From contig CP075492.1 in NCBI GenBank assembly GCA_021613535.1, forward strand, positions 15,624,001 through 15,688,000: a stretch of DNA of 64,000 bases, read 5' to 3'. Positions 39,850-52,872 of this stretch are shown one piece after another. Source of the stretch: Adineta vaga. Its lineage: Eukaryota > Animalia > Rotifera. The translations under genes and the position numbers were made by a program. Below the pieces are notes generated by a model. The model saw only the letters and a list, made by a program, of their open reading frames with translations. It was not told the origin of the DNA and searched no databases. Within the stretch, counting starts at the first letter, position 1. Each line of letters opens with the position of its first letter.

Positions 39850-40996
39850 ATGTCTTTAGAGAAACGAATCAGGTCTGAAAAAGAAGAATCAATCGTTAAT
39901 GTCGCCACTATTGGACAGCAAGGACATGGTAAATCTACTCTGACTGCTGCTCTCACTCAGGTTCTGTCTAGAACATATCAAACCAAGGCATATGGTGTCG
40001 ACTATGTCAACGATGCTCAAGAAGAAAATCAAAACGGTGTTACTGCCCATATTAAACACGTAGATTATAAAACTTTGCATCGTCATTATCAACATATAGA
40101 TTACCCGACACATGCTGATTACGTGAAAGATATGATCAGCAGTGCCGTCCAAATGGATGCTGCTATTCTTGTTGTTTCCGCAGCAGATGGCCCTATGCAA
40201 GAAACTCGCGCGCAAGTTGAACTTAGTCACCAAATGGGTGTTTCTAGTATTATCGTATTTCTCAATAAATACGATATGGTTGATGATGCCGAATTGTTAG
40301 AGCTAGTCGAAATGGAAACACGCGGACTTCTTATTAGTTATGGCTTCCCAGGCGATGACCTACCAGTAATCCGAGGCTCTGCATTGAGAGCACTCGAAAG
40401 TGACCTAGCGTAGACTAAGTCAATCTTAGAATTAACTGAAGCGATGGACAAATATTTTCCGCTTATAATAAACGCTATTGACAAACCATTTCTACTGCTC
40501 ATTAAAGATATGTCGAGTACTTCAAGTAAAGGTACAATCGTTACAGGTCGTATAGAAACAGGTACTATCGAAGTGAACAATGAAGTTGAAATTGTGGGCA
40601 TCAAACGGGCACAGAAAGCTACTTGTACTAGTATTGAAATGTTTCATAAACGAGCCATTGTAGGTCTTGCCAGAGAGAAAGTAAATGTCTTGCTGAATAA
40701 TATCAAACCGTATACTGAATTAGAATCGGACGTTTATATGCTTAGCTTAGCGAAGAGGACGATAATCGGCAGACCGCATTTTCTACAGATCACCAAGTCC
40801 AATTCTACCTTCGCACTGCTGAAGCACAGGCACAATCGAATTGCCATAAAATGTTGAAGAATTTTATCCTGGCGATGATTTAACAGTTGTTATTAAACTC
40901 ACTTCTCCGATTGCTATAAACAATAGTTTACATTTTATCATACGCGAACATGGACGAATCATTGGTGTCGGTGTTGTTACAAAAGTTATAGCATAA
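39850..40996 (+). pseudogene. tuf: Bacterial-type elongation factor Tu pseudogene
   Basis: [80 protein letters not shown]; TAG at 40411-40413 and a frameshift around 40750-40790; no introns, no mitochondrial presequence. Confidence 0.85.
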
Positions 40997-41328
40997 TATC
41001 TGACACCACGAATGGCCCAAAAGACACATTTATTTCAAATTGACTCAGCATTTTCTGTGATAAATTTTTCTTAATACCAACTTTATTTTTGCTTCCCGTA
41101 TAGATCTTAATCCATAAGAAATATAGGCTCGTGACAAATGTGAATAAGGATATAGATGAAAACTATGTAAACATTATTTTTTTGTGACATAAGTTGTATG
41201 ACATAACGAAACGAATATTTGTTCTGTACGAAATGATTCATATTGTATTTCATAATTCAATGTAATCACCAATTTATTTTTGCGATGACGAAATAGTTAT
41301 TGAAGGTTTTCTTCATTTATACTTCATA

Positions 41329-44300
41329 ATGCTTGATGAAACAGACGCTGTATTATCAACAAAAAATCAAAGCAAAACAATAAGCGATTTACCGCGTGAT
41401 TTTAAAGATTTACTTAAATCCGAATTATGTCGTGGTATCATGGATTGTGGTTTTGAACATCTATCTGAAGGTTTCATAGAAAAGAAATTGAATTAGAACT
41501 TCTTGATTTATTTCTCTATAGTTCAACAAGAAACACTTCCACACGCTATTCTTGGTACTGATATTCTATGTCAAGCTAAATCCGGTATGGGCAAAACATC
41601 TCTATATGTCCTTGCAACACTTCAACAACTTGCACCTATTAATGGACAAGTAAATAATCCTCTCAAATGAATAGTTTTTATGTCAAAGTTGATTGTACAT
41701 TTTAGATATCCATACTTGTTCTGTGTCATACACGTGAATTAGCATTTAATATCAGTGGTGAATACAAACGTTTTTGTAAACATATGCCAGCTATGAAAAT
41801 CGCAATATTTGTTGGTGGTGTACCGATAAAAAATGATGAGTATGTTCTAACACAAAACTGTCCGCATATTGTTCTTGGAACGCCTGGTCGAATTCTAGCT
41901 TTAGGAAAGAAGAAAGTTCTTGATTTATCTCATGTGAAACATTTCATCTTAGATAGCTGTGATCAATTACTTGAATCAATTGGTAAAAAAACAAAGAATC
42001 ATTATTTTAATCATTTATTCCGTCTAGTTGACTTGGTCGCGATCAGTCGCATTCGTCCAAGTGAAATAAACATATATATCGTATCTCTCGTCTTTCTACT
42101 TTTTTCTTTCGACCAGCTAAAAAGTCCTAGGACTTAAAAAAAACTGGTTTTTCATCGAGATCCTCTGTACTTCATCAACCCAAACAAGAAAACAAAAACA
42201 ATCTACATCAAATTATCAACAACTGGTGCTGATTTTAATGCCTTCCAAGAGAGGAAGGGGTGGCGGTGGTCAACAGAGACGCTACCACAGCGTGGACAAC
42301 CAACAAAGAGCAATCACCACACAACGAAAACAAGGGCCACAAAGCTCACAAAGCATACAAAGCCCACAACGAACAACACAAGATGGCAAAGCAGGACCAT
42401 ATGCTTTAAAATCAAGCCAACCAACATTTAGTATCGCCCCTCTTATTCTAGAGGGTGTTAACTTAAACAAATTGCAGCTAAATGATATATTGAAGCAACA
42501 TCTTGCTGAAGTCAATATCCATGACATCCAACTTGGACGAAATGGAATATTCACATTATATGCAAGAGATGTTAAATCGTTCAACAACATATTAAACGAC
42601 TTTTCATCAATATTATCGTCAAACGGTCAACCATCAGCCACGGTATACGTTCCAAGATCTATACAAAGAATCAAGGACACAGAAAAGATCGCCTTCGTAA
42701 AAAGAGTCGATCTAGAACTACCAAACGATCGAATAACTGAAACACTAAAGAACGTTGGTCTTGAAGTAACAGAAGTTATTCGATTAACAAGCAAAGATGG
42801 TAAGACTCCAACACGAACAGTCAAGATATCATTTAGCGATGCAACAAATCGAAATATCTTTGTGCAAACTGGTTTACAAGTGGATTGCATGCACTTCACC
42901 GCTGAACCAGCGACACAAAATTCCAAACCGGTGCAATGTTACATTTGCTTAAAATACAACCATGTAGCCAAATACTGCAAAACCAAGCAACAAGTATGTA
43001 GTCGATGTGGTGAAAATCATAGCAACGACAAATGTACTGTTACAGATGATGCAGTCAAGTGCTACAACTGTAAAGGTAATCATATTGCTACTTCCAAAGA
43101 ATGTTCACATTATAGAGAACAAGAAAAGAAGATGCAAAACATGGTTAACCAATATGCAACAACAAGCAAACAAGTAACACAAGCACCATCAATCTACAAC
43201 ACACATGACTTCCCACCTCTATCACAATTCAACCAAACACAAAAACAACTATTAACGGACAATTTATTCGACGATATCATTAATGCTCTTACCAGCAAAA
43301 TGGAAACCATCATCGAAAAAACTACCAATCGACTATTCAAAGCACTACATCAGAAGATCAAGAAGATCGAAAAATCATTCGGACTCCTCGATCGTAATAA
43401 TGAAGAAAAATATATATTAACTGATTCAGACTCTGATTCCAACGAACAAAGTCAAGCAGTTAAGATCATCAAACCAAAACCAAAAAAACAACAGAGTGAA
43501 GCTGACAAATCGTCTACAACAGAGAATGTCATTTCAAATAAACCTACTATGCCATCAACTCCTACTACGTCAAAAGACGCACAAAATAAAAAAGAAGGAT
43601 CCAATACAAACAAGAGAGCCCTTTCTTCCAACAACTCTCCTGATGCATCTATAAACGACAAGAAAACACTTAAAACTAGCAGCAACGATGCTTAGTTTAT
43701 GCCATATCAACATTAACTCAATTACCAAACACAAAGATGAACTCCTAGCCAGATTCTCCAAATACGATATTATCTCTGTTAATGAAACTAATCTAAAGAG
43801 CGAAAGACCATTCACTCTTTTTGGTTATAACATCTTCAGAAATGATCGAATAGGACAAGCTGGGGGTGGAGTATTACTAGCAGTGAAACAACATATCAAG
43901 TGTCAAGAAGTACTAAACAAAACAACCTGCAAGAATGAAGCGATAGCAGTAGAGATTCGAACTAAATCATTCAAATCAATACTAATATCCTCCATTTACG
44001 TACCACCAAAAGCAAAGATCGATATCAACTTATTCCACGAACTTTATAACGTCAACAACAACTGCATTATCATGGGTGATCTTAATGCAACATTATATAA
44101 TATGGGATCACAACAAGCTAATGCTAGAGGAAGACAGCTGCAAGAATTATTTAAAGATGGTCTTATTGATTGTGTCGACGATGATAGTCCAACTTTCGAA
44201 AAAAATGATTATGAAGTTAAACTAGATTGGATTCTAGCAAGTCAACCACTTCTTTCATTCATATCAAACGTTGAGACTCATCCAACAATCGGTGCATTAA

Positions 44301-47300
44301 ATGGCCATAAACCATTAACATTTGATATTCCTTGCGGAGCTGAACCCAAACCGGCTTCGTCAAGAATTTCATTTAATTTCAAAGCAGCAAAATGGTCAAA
44401 GTTTAGGTGCAAGTTAGATCAACAACTGATGCTGTGGAAAAATGATCATCATTTAGATTCAACAGCAGACATAGAAGAATATACATCATTCATTACCACT
44501 AGTATACTAGAAGCAACAAAAGAAGCCGTTCCACAAACAAAGCAGATGATCCGAACGTATACACCAAGTGAAGTATCGATAAGCCTGATAAAACAAAAAC
44601 ATCAAGCATATCGAAAATGGAAGAAGACTGGAAACAACTTAGATAAACATCTATATTACAATTCCAAAGTCTTGCTTACAAATTCACTTAGAAACGACAG
44701 AAGAAATAACTTCAACAAGTTAATGTCATCTTTATGCCATAAGAAAATGTATTCGGACAAAGTTTGGCTGACGGTGCGCAAGTTCCACAACAAAAGGATC
44801 AAGCAAACCTACGCCAACATCATGAAATACAACAATACAACTGCAACATCAGACAAGGAGAAAGCAGACTTATTTGCAGATTACTTCGAAAATGAAGTCT
44901 ACTCTCACACTGCTGATACGTTGCCACTTCATGATCAAGTAACACGCCAAGCAAACAAAGTCAAAAGTAAAACTATAACCTCTTCAAACACACCAAAGTG
45001 GAAGCAAATCAAAGAAAAAGAAGTCAAAAATCATATAAGACAACTTAGAAATAGCTCCACTGGTCCAGACAACATTCATAACCGATGTTTGAAGAATCAT
45101 TCAAAATTACTGGTACAGCATCTAACAAATCTGTTTAATGCAATTTTGAAACAAGGTTATATTCCAGCAATGTGGAAAAAGGCTAATATTATTCTTCTAT
45201 TAAAGCCAAAGAAAGACAAACAACAACCGTCTAGCTATCGACCGATTAGTCTCCTTAGTTGCTTAGGCAAACTATTGGAGAAAATAATCAAACAACGTTT
45301 AATGCTCGAACTTGAACGACGAAACATCTTACCACAACATCAAGCCGGATTTAGACCAGGTAAAAGCACTATATACAACATCGTGCGATTAGAAAGATAC
45401 GCTGCAGGACAACTTAGACGACCACGTCGACGACGTCACTCAGCTGTCATTCTTTTCGACATCAAAGCCGCATTTGATTCGGTATGGCACGATGGTTTGA
45501 TATACAAGCTTAATGATCTACGTCTTCCCTGTTTCATCATCAACTATCTGATCTCATTCTTAAGCAATAGAACGGCTACAATTGAAATCGAAAATATATT
45601 ATCACGTCCGTTTAATCTGAAGAGCGGTACACCACAAGGATCTCCGTTATCACCATTACTTTATATTATGTATACGGCAGATTCGATGAATGGAATACCA
45701 ACTCATACAGAACATGGGTTGTTCGCCGACGACACTGCATTATGGACATCTGGCAACACCTTAACAAATCTTAACACCAGATTACAACAATCCATAGATG
45801 CATTCGAAAGTTGGTGCAAGTCATGGAAATTAAAACTTCAACCAACTAAGACAGAGCTGATACACTTCAGCATACATCCAAGAAAACACTACAAGAATCC
45901 AGTGAAAGTTAAAGTTGAAGACACCATCATCAAACCACTGGACTCCACACGTTACTTGGGTGTAATTATAGATAAAAGATTAAAATGGCGAGCACATCTC
46001 GAACATATTGAAAGCAAGATTGCTCCTCGGATCGGTCTACTTCGATATCTTTCGAGAACAGCATATGAACCCAACAACAAGACGATGATAAATATTTTCA
46101 AATCAATTGTACGCACAGTTATCATTTATGGACATCCTATTCTCCTTACTGCTGATCAAAAAGTATGGGACCGTTTACAAATCATGCAGAATAAAGCAAT
46201 TAGAGCTGCACTCGGACTACCCATATATACATCTGTCAAATATATCCACAAGATCAGCAACATTCCAAAAATCAAAGATTATGCAATAGGACTACTCAAA
46301 CATACACTTCAAAAGGCAACAACAAACAACGACATTACACTGAAGAATCATCTACAATGCATCTTAGACAAAATTTAAAAAAAGAAATCACCAACCATTA
46401 CATATAATAGTAACATCGAGAGAATAGACTATTCTTGTGTCAGTCGAATCGATGTAAAAAACGATATATCGCAATCAAATATACTATTCAGCTACTTCGT
46501 TTAACTCGTTCGTATACAAAATAAGAAGTCGATTCAATCTATATGCTGTATCGTTCTTTCGTTCTATTCAGTTATTTATTGATCGCATTCTTATATATAA
46601 TATAACATCGAGCCAATCTTTAAACCGATCCATGTATACAGCAAATTCTTTTACTCGTTCTTATATACAATATGATATCGAGTCAACGTCTTGGCTGATC
46701 CTTACAATATCCAGTAAATTCCTTGCTCGTTCTTACATACAATATGATGTCGAGTCAACGTCTTTGCTGATCCCTACAATATCCAGTAAATTCTTTGCTC
46801 GTTCTTATATACAATATGATATCGAGTCAACGTCTTGGCTGATCCTTACAATATCCAGTAAATTCTTTGCTCGTTCTTATATGCAATATGAAATCGAGTC
46901 AATATATTTGCTGATTTAAAACATGTCACATACAATCCAGCTTCTTTTCTCTTCCTGTCCAATCTATCCATATAGTACCACTATATCTTCTGTTTTCTGT
47001 TTTCTTTTCCTTTTTCTTCTACCACATATGTAAGACTTTACACGCGTCACTCCATCTACACTCACTATTGGCATATAAAATTTTTCTCGTTCTTATTACT
47101 ATTTCATGGACAAAAGACATATGTCATGTGTCCTTTTTTTTTTTCTCTACTCCAGCTTATGTAGAAGTACAATACCATCCGTTGACTTTATGTTACAGTG
47201 TTGTCTTTTTTACAATAAAGCTTTGTTACCAAAAAAAAAAAAAAAAAAAAAATCATTCATTCATTATAGATATACGTCGTGATGTTCAAGAAATATTCAA

Positions 47301-48165
47301 AATGACACCACGTGAAAAACAAGTGTTGATGTTTAGTGGAAATTTAAGTATAGAAACTCGATCGATATGTAAGAAATTCATGCAAGATGTAAGATAGAAG
47401 CAGTTTTTCATTCAGAATATCTTATTGTATATATTCATAGCCAATGAAAATTTATATGGATAATGACATGAAATTAATAAATCATGTAAGTTGAGTTCTT
47501 CTAGCTAATGTGATTAGACATTCAAAGAATATTTAAGCGAAAATCTACTTTTCTTTCCTTGTCAAACTAGAATCTTCGTCAATATTATGTAAAATTACAT
47601 GAACATGAAAAAACTCAAATATTAATTGATTTACTTCATAAATTCAAATATAAACGAGTGATTATTTTCGTTCAATCAATGTCACATTGTATGAATTTAT
47701 ATAAATCATTAAATGATCAAAAGTTTCCTGTTATCGAAATCCATTCGGGAATGACACAAGAAGAACGGTTTGTTGATTTTAGTTGCAATGGAAAGAAAAT
47801 AGATAAATCATTTTTTCATCTAGTTTAACAAGTTATACGCAATTTAAAGAATTTGAAATATCTATACTTGTTACAACAGATCTATTTGGCCGAGTTACGA
47901 ATAGTAATCCTATTGATATCGTATTTCATTATGATATGCCAGAGAATACGGATATATATCATTGTCGAGTATGTGCAGCAATAATATATCTAACTTATGA
48001 AAATGTATGTTATTTTAGATTGCCCATGGTAAACCTTCCGATGGGAAAGGTTTAATTATCACATTTGTTGCAAATGAAAGTGATACATCAATGCTCGATA
48101 AAGTTCAAAATTATTTTAGATTACCAATTACTGAAATGCCTGCTGAATTGGATGTTACTGTATAG
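41329..48165 (+). CDS. DDX39: Divergent UAP56/DDX39 DEAD-box paralog, multi-exon, LINE in intron 3
   Basis: [52 protein letters not shown]; exons 41329-41470, 41522-41649, 41706-41982, 47270-47388, further small exons to TAG at 48165. Confidence 0.85.
42226..43695 (+). CDS. LINE ORF1, gag-like with three CCHC knuckles
   Basis: [42 protein letters not shown]. Confidence 0.92.
   Translation: MLILMPSKRGRGGGGQQRRYHSVDNQQRAITTQRKQGPQSSQSIQSPQRTTQDGKAGPYALKSSQPTFSIAPLILEGVNLNKLQLNDILKQHLAEVNIHDIQLGRNGIFTLYARDVKSFNNILNDFSSILSSNGQPSATVYVPRSIQRIKDTEKIAFVKRVDLELPNDRITETLKNVGLEVTEVIRLTSKDGKTPTRTVKISFSDATNRNIFVQTGLQVDCMHFTAEPATQNSKPVQCYICLKYNHVAKYCKTKQQVCSRCGENHSNDKCTVTDDAVKCYNCKGNHIATSKECSHYREQEKKMQNMVNQYATTSKQVTQAPSIYNTHDFPPLSQFNQTQKQLLTDNLFDDIINALTSKMETIIEKTTNRLFKALHQKIKKIEKSFGLLDRNNEEKYILTDSDSDSNEQSQAVKIIKPKPKKQQSEADKSSTTENVISNKPTMPSTPTTSKDAQNKKEGSNTNKRALSSNNSPDASINDKKTLKTSSNDA
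43688..46378 (+). CDS. LINE ORF2, APE endonuclease + reverse transcriptase (no RNase H)
   Basis: [54 protein letters not shown]. Confidence 0.95.
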   Translation: MLSLCHININSITKHKDELLARFSKYDIISVNETNLKSERPFTLFGYNIFRNDRIGQAGGGVLLAVKQHIKCQEVLNKTTCKNEAIAVEIRTKSFKSILISSIYVPPKAKIDINLFHELYNVNNNCIIMGDLNATLYNMGSQQANARGRQLQELFKDGLIDCVDDDSPTFEKNDYEVKLDWILASQPLLSFISNVETHPTIGALNGHKPLTFDIPCGAEPKPASSRISFNFKAAKWSKFRCKLDQQLMLWKNDHHLDSTADIEEYTSFITTSILEATKEAVPQTKQMIRTYTPSEVSISLIKQKHQAYRKWKKTGNNLDKHLYYNSKVLLTNSLRNDRRNNFNKLMSSLCHKKMYSDKVWLTVRKFHNKRIKQTYANIMKYNNTTATSDKEKADLFADYFENEVYSHTADTLPLHDQVTRQANKVKSKTITSSNTPKWKQIKEKEVKNHIRQLRNSSTGPDNIHNRCLKNHSKLLVQHLTNLFNAILKQGYIPAMWKKANIILLLKPKKDKQQPSSYRPISLLSCLGKLLEKIIKQRLMLELERRNILPQHQAGFRPGKSTIYNIVRLERYAAGQLRRPRRRRHSAVILFDIKAAFDSVWHDGLIYKLNDLRLPCFIINYLISFLSNRTATIEIENILSRPFNLKSGTPQGSPLSPLLYIMYTADSMNGIPTHTEHGLFADDTALWTSGNTLTNLNTRLQQSIDAFESWCKSWKLKLQPTKTELIHFSIHPRKHYKNPVKVKVEDTIIKPLDSTRYLGVIIDKRLKWRAHLEHIESKIAPRIGLLRYLSRTAYEPNNKTMINIFKSIVRTVIIYGHPILLTADQKVWDRLQIMQNKAIRAALGLPIYTSVKYIHKISNIPKIKDYAIGLLKHTLQKATTNNDITLKNHLQCILDKI
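46643..46915 (+). repeat. 72-bp tandem repeat (about 4 units) in LINE 3' UTR
   Basis: gagtcaa recurs at 46680, 46752, 46824, 46896. Confidence 0.9.
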
Positions 48166-48727
48166 ATAACTGTTCTCTCTATTCGTATAACCACAAACGA
48201 AAGAGAGAATATCAGTATTCTTCAACCATATTGTCTTTTTCTTACATTGCTTGTAACTAAATAAAAGAATTCTTTTTTTAATCAGTTTTGCAATTCTCCC
48301 GTATTAACGTCATTTAATGTTCTGTGCGATCGTTATTGTTTGACGTGAATGAGATGAAAACATCGGTAGTATGAAGCAAGCTGTAAAAGCACAAGCTACA
48401 GCCATGATAAATCCTCTGTATGGCGTAAATAACATGAAAATTATGTTTGTTCCTCAGTATCATTTAAAAACATTTCTATCGAAGAACGCAGCTAGAAAGT
48501 GTAAAACAATACTTTCTGAGATTTGTTGATAAATAACATCTGCCAGTTTTATTCGAGGGACAGAACATTTTCATCAGAGTTGTATTATTATTCACAAGAG
48601 CTGTTGTATATCTCATCACATGGTCACAAACACAAATCAATCGGGCACATCTCCATCGATGACATTGTAATATTCTCATTCATTATTTCATATGTCAGAA
48701 AGCTGAACTAGAAAACTTTGTTTTAGA

Positions 48728-50315
48728 CGAGGAATCACTGGAAAGAAACGATTGTTGTGGATTTGTGTCGGTGTCATTGTAATAATTGCAGCAGTGGTCA
48801 TTCCAGTAACCATTGTTGTAACAAAAAAGGAGAAAAGCGTAACACCAGACACATCTACAACAACAACAACAACAACAACAACAACAGTGGTCACATCCAC
48901 AGTAACACTAAAAACAACAGACACTACACTGATGACCAATGCATCCTCGGTACAAAGTAAGCAAAGACTTTATTCATGACTTGAAGGATAAGATTTAAGC
49001 AGAAATATTCGTGTAAGACTAATTGTCTCCACTTTACATTCACATTTACCTAAACTTAATGACTTGAAAACGGAAGAGAAAATAAAAAGTAATTTTCATC
49101 TTTTGTGAATATTGTTTCTATATTTTCAGAATGGACACGTATAAATAACATGATCTATTCGCGACAATTTCATACAGCATCACTTTTACAAGACGGTACT
49201 GTGCTAATCGCTGGCGGTTTCAGCGGGTTTGACTTAGTGAGTGCATCTGAATTGTACGATCCGCAAACACGAAACTGGACGCTCACTGGCTCAATAAAGG
49301 AGAAACGATACCAATATACAGCGTCTGTACTACATGATGGGAAAGTATTAGTGACTGGTGGGCGTAATGAAATAGACTGTACAAACAGTTGCGAGTTGTA
49401 CGATCCCCAAACTCGAAAATGGACAATGACAGGTAGCATGCATAGTAGCAAGTGTGGACATACAGCATCTGTATTGTTCAATGGAAAAGTTTTAGTTGTC
49501 GATACAGGAACAAATAGGTAATTGAATACGAGTTTAACGAGAAATCGAAACTTTTCTCTAAAAGTATACCGATATGACTATCAAGTCGTTTTGTTCTATC
49601 TATTTTTTAATTATCGTATATGATCATCATGCACATTGTATTTTTCAAATCGTGTTAAATTCCATATTAAATCTTTCTATCATCACTCTAATCATTCTGT
49701 TAATTGTTTCTCGTTGCTTATAGTGCTGAATTATATGATCCATCAAATGGAACATGGACAATGACTGATAGTATGATGTATGCACGAAATTATCATCAGG
49801 CATCTGTGTTATTGGATGGTAAAGTGATGATAAGTGGTGGAGTCAATGAAGGTCAGGATTTATATGGTGTTGAATTGTATGATCCATTAACTGAAAAATG
49901 GACAACTACAGGTAGTATGCATTTCGAACGATATATGCACACAACAACAGTGTTACAAAATGGAAAAGTGTTAGCTGTTGGGGGAACTGATGATAATTTC
50001 AATGGTGCTGAACTATATGATTCAATAACTGGTAATTGGACAGTTACGAGTAGTTTAAAGGTTCCTAGACGGTATCACACTGCTACTTTACTTACCAATG
50101 GAAAGATATTAGTAACTGGTGGGCTTAAAAAGTTTCACACATCCCTGAAGGATGCTGAAGTATACGATCCATCAACTGAAACCTGGTCCACAATTGAAAG
50201 CATGTCTTGTGAAAGACATCGACATCAGGCTACAACATTAGTCGATGGGCAAATATTAATCACTGGTGAAACCGAATACTCTACTCGATCATGCAGCGCA
50301 GAACTCTACCATTGA
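48728..50315 (+). CDS. Membrane-anchored Thr-stalk Kelch-repeat protein (start exon upstream, uncertain)
   Basis: TM + poly-Thr exon, phase-1 intron, Kelch repeats (HTASLL.DG.VL..GG..ELYDP); intron 49518-49723 restores TNSAELYDP. Confidence 0.75.
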
Positions 50316-50899
50316 TAACAAACTATACAATATGAACCAAATTTTCTTTTCCTTTTTTTCTTGTGCAGAACATATCTTCATCATATATATGCTTTTAAAT
50401 ATAAAAACGTCATTTAATCAATAGACTGTAATCTTTAGTGGAATTCTCATTTATAGAGCCTTATGCAAGAAATCATTCAAAGAATAACAAATATATATAT
50501 TAGTACTTTTTTTAGAGATGATCTTCATACGATATAAATTAATAGGTCATTGAAATGACTCTACCTAATAATCATCATTGTTAAGTATCTCATCTGTATA
50601 ATATTATTGATTTGAAGAATAGTAGTGATCAAATGTTGCAAAATAAAATAGCATACATATATTTTTTAAGAGATCATGCTATGTTATAATTATTTAAATA
50701 AAACGAAATGTTATTATTTCGACTAAATAAATGAATGGAATGGAATGTTGATGAACGTATCCTTTTGATTGAAAGAGAAAACAATATTTCATTGATTATA
50801 TATGATTAATGATATAATTATTTAAGAAGAAAAGTATTTGTGAGTAAATAGTATGATTGAAATGAGAAAATAAAGAGGTTTTTGTTTTGTTGATTTTAA

Positions 50900-52872
50900 T
50901 TAATAGTACTGTTCAACATTACTAAGAGCACTACCATTATAACCGCCCGTAACTAAAACTGCTCCATTTGCTAATATAGTCGCTGTATGAAGAATTCGAG
51001 GAATAGTCATGTTGCTTATAACTGTCCACAGACCAGTAGACAGATCATATAATTCAGCAGTATTGAGACATGTACCATTCAAGGATCCACCGGTAACTAA
51101 TACTTTTCCACTTGCTAATACACTTGCTGTATGAAATTGTCGTGCAATACTCATATTACTTGTGTGTGTCCAAGTATTTGTTGTGGAATTATATAATTCA
51201 GCACTATTAAGAGAGACACTACCATTAAATCCACCAGTTACTAACACTCTACCGTCGGCTAATAGTGATGCTGTATGGTAAGACCGTGCAACATTCATAT
51301 TTCCTGTACTTGTCCAAGTGCCTGTCGATGGATCAAATAATTCTGCACTATTAACAGCTGAACTACCATTGTATCCACCACTAACTAATATTTTTCCGTT
51401 TCATAACATAGATGCTGTATGCCAATATCGTGCAAGACTCATGCTACCTGTTGCTGTCCATGTGCCTGATGATGAATTATACAACTCTGCACTATTTAGA
51501 AAAGTACTAATGCCACCAAGGCCACCAGTAACTAACACAAAACTATTGGCCAGTACAGATGCTGTATGAGAATATCGTGCTTTATTCATATTTCCTATCG
51601 TTGACCATATTCCAGTAGATGCATCATACAACTCAGCACTGGAGATACTACCGCTGACATCCTTTCCACCAGTGACTAATATTTTACCATTTGCCAGGAG
51701 AGTTGCTGTGTGTTGACTTCGCCCGACATTTATGTTGCCTGTAGTTGTCCAATTATCACTATTAACATTATACAATTCAGTATTATTGAGAGAAACACCA
51801 TTAGTATAATATCCACCAGCAATTAACACGGTTGCATTGGATAATAATGATGCGGTATGATAATATCTTGGACTACTCATGTTTCTCATAGTTATCCATT
51901 CTAAACATAATAGATACATAACAGTTAGTGCTTTTTAGATTATTTTAGCCATCTATAGATTATATGCAAATTATTTTATAGCTTCATTGAATTTTTCCTC
52001 ACTGTGTAATGGATAGAATGATATCTAACGTAAACTTCCTATTTCAATTTCAAAGAACAACTACTCATCGCAAGTCAACAGATGGGTATGATCAATAATA
52101 ACTCTTTCATGTGCTAGAATAAACGATAAAATAACAAATGATAAGTCATAAAGTCATTCTTTAGCATATTAAAGATAATTAAATATATCACTTACTTGGT
52201 GGACCCGAGGTGATAGTTGAAGTCGATATGGATGTTGATGTTGAAGTTGTTTCTTTTGAAAAAATTGAATTTTATATATAATTTAAAAATCACTCAATTT
52301 TTATTTCTGACTTTTCACCTTTTCTTTTCCAACAATACATCCACTGTAATTGCAAATATATTCAAGTGCTATTCAGTCTATTGGAATGCTTTCTCTTGTC
52401 TTTATGTTACTATGCAATTTATTTTAATTAAATTTATGTATATAAGAACAACATTCTTTCTCGCATAGAAACATACTGCGTAGAAAAGTGAATGTATGAA
52501 TAAACGGATACGTTATATTTCTCATCGGAGTATCTTAGTAATGAAAGGATCAGATCATTTCGTGAACTCACTAAACATATTTGCGATTATCGACTGATTT
52601 GTATACAGTACAAGAGAATTGGCACTCAGTTGAAGATCAATTAAACCAGAAGATGATGTTGAAAATAATTGACAGATTTGAGTTGTTGAAAAGTAATTCA
52701 CTGCAGAAATTGAATCAACTGATTTCAACATTTGACAAATACATTGTTGTTGTGTTTGAGAAACTATAGTTTCAGAAATATTTCCAATCAATTTCGCATC
52801 TTGAAGTTTACCAACAATAACACAATCACCACCAATGGAAAATGTTGAGAAAAGAAGAAGTATTGCAAACAT
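50900..52872 (-). pseudogene. Secreted PAN + S/T linker + Kelch-repeat gene with one in-frame TGA
   Basis: Signal/PAN exon 52572-52872, linker exon about 52197-52255, Kelch exon 50900-51900; TGA at 51401-51403 with the same frame continuing. Confidence 0.75.

Larger units (their letters stand above)
42016..47250 (+). mobile_element. Full-length Jockey-clade non-LTR retrotransposon (Hebe-like)
   Basis: Two intact overlapping ORFs, 3' UTR with tandem repeat, AATAAA then poly-A from 47231, TSD aatcatt (42009-42015, 47251-47257). Confidence 0.95.

Noticed and set aside
46632-46919. 95-aa ORF with 24-aa repeats / CRISPR-like periodicity
   Set aside because: It is the 72-bp tandem repeat of the LINE 3' UTR; no unique spacers and no cas genes
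49518-49723. Apparent insertion disrupting the Kelch gene
   Set aside because: GT-AG boundaries restore the frame, so it is an intron
51401-51403. In-frame TGA as selenocysteine or alternative genetic code (also 25739)
   Set aside because: Positions are not conserved Cys/Trp sites, 25739 is CGA in the paralog, and TGA is a normal stop in neighbouring genes
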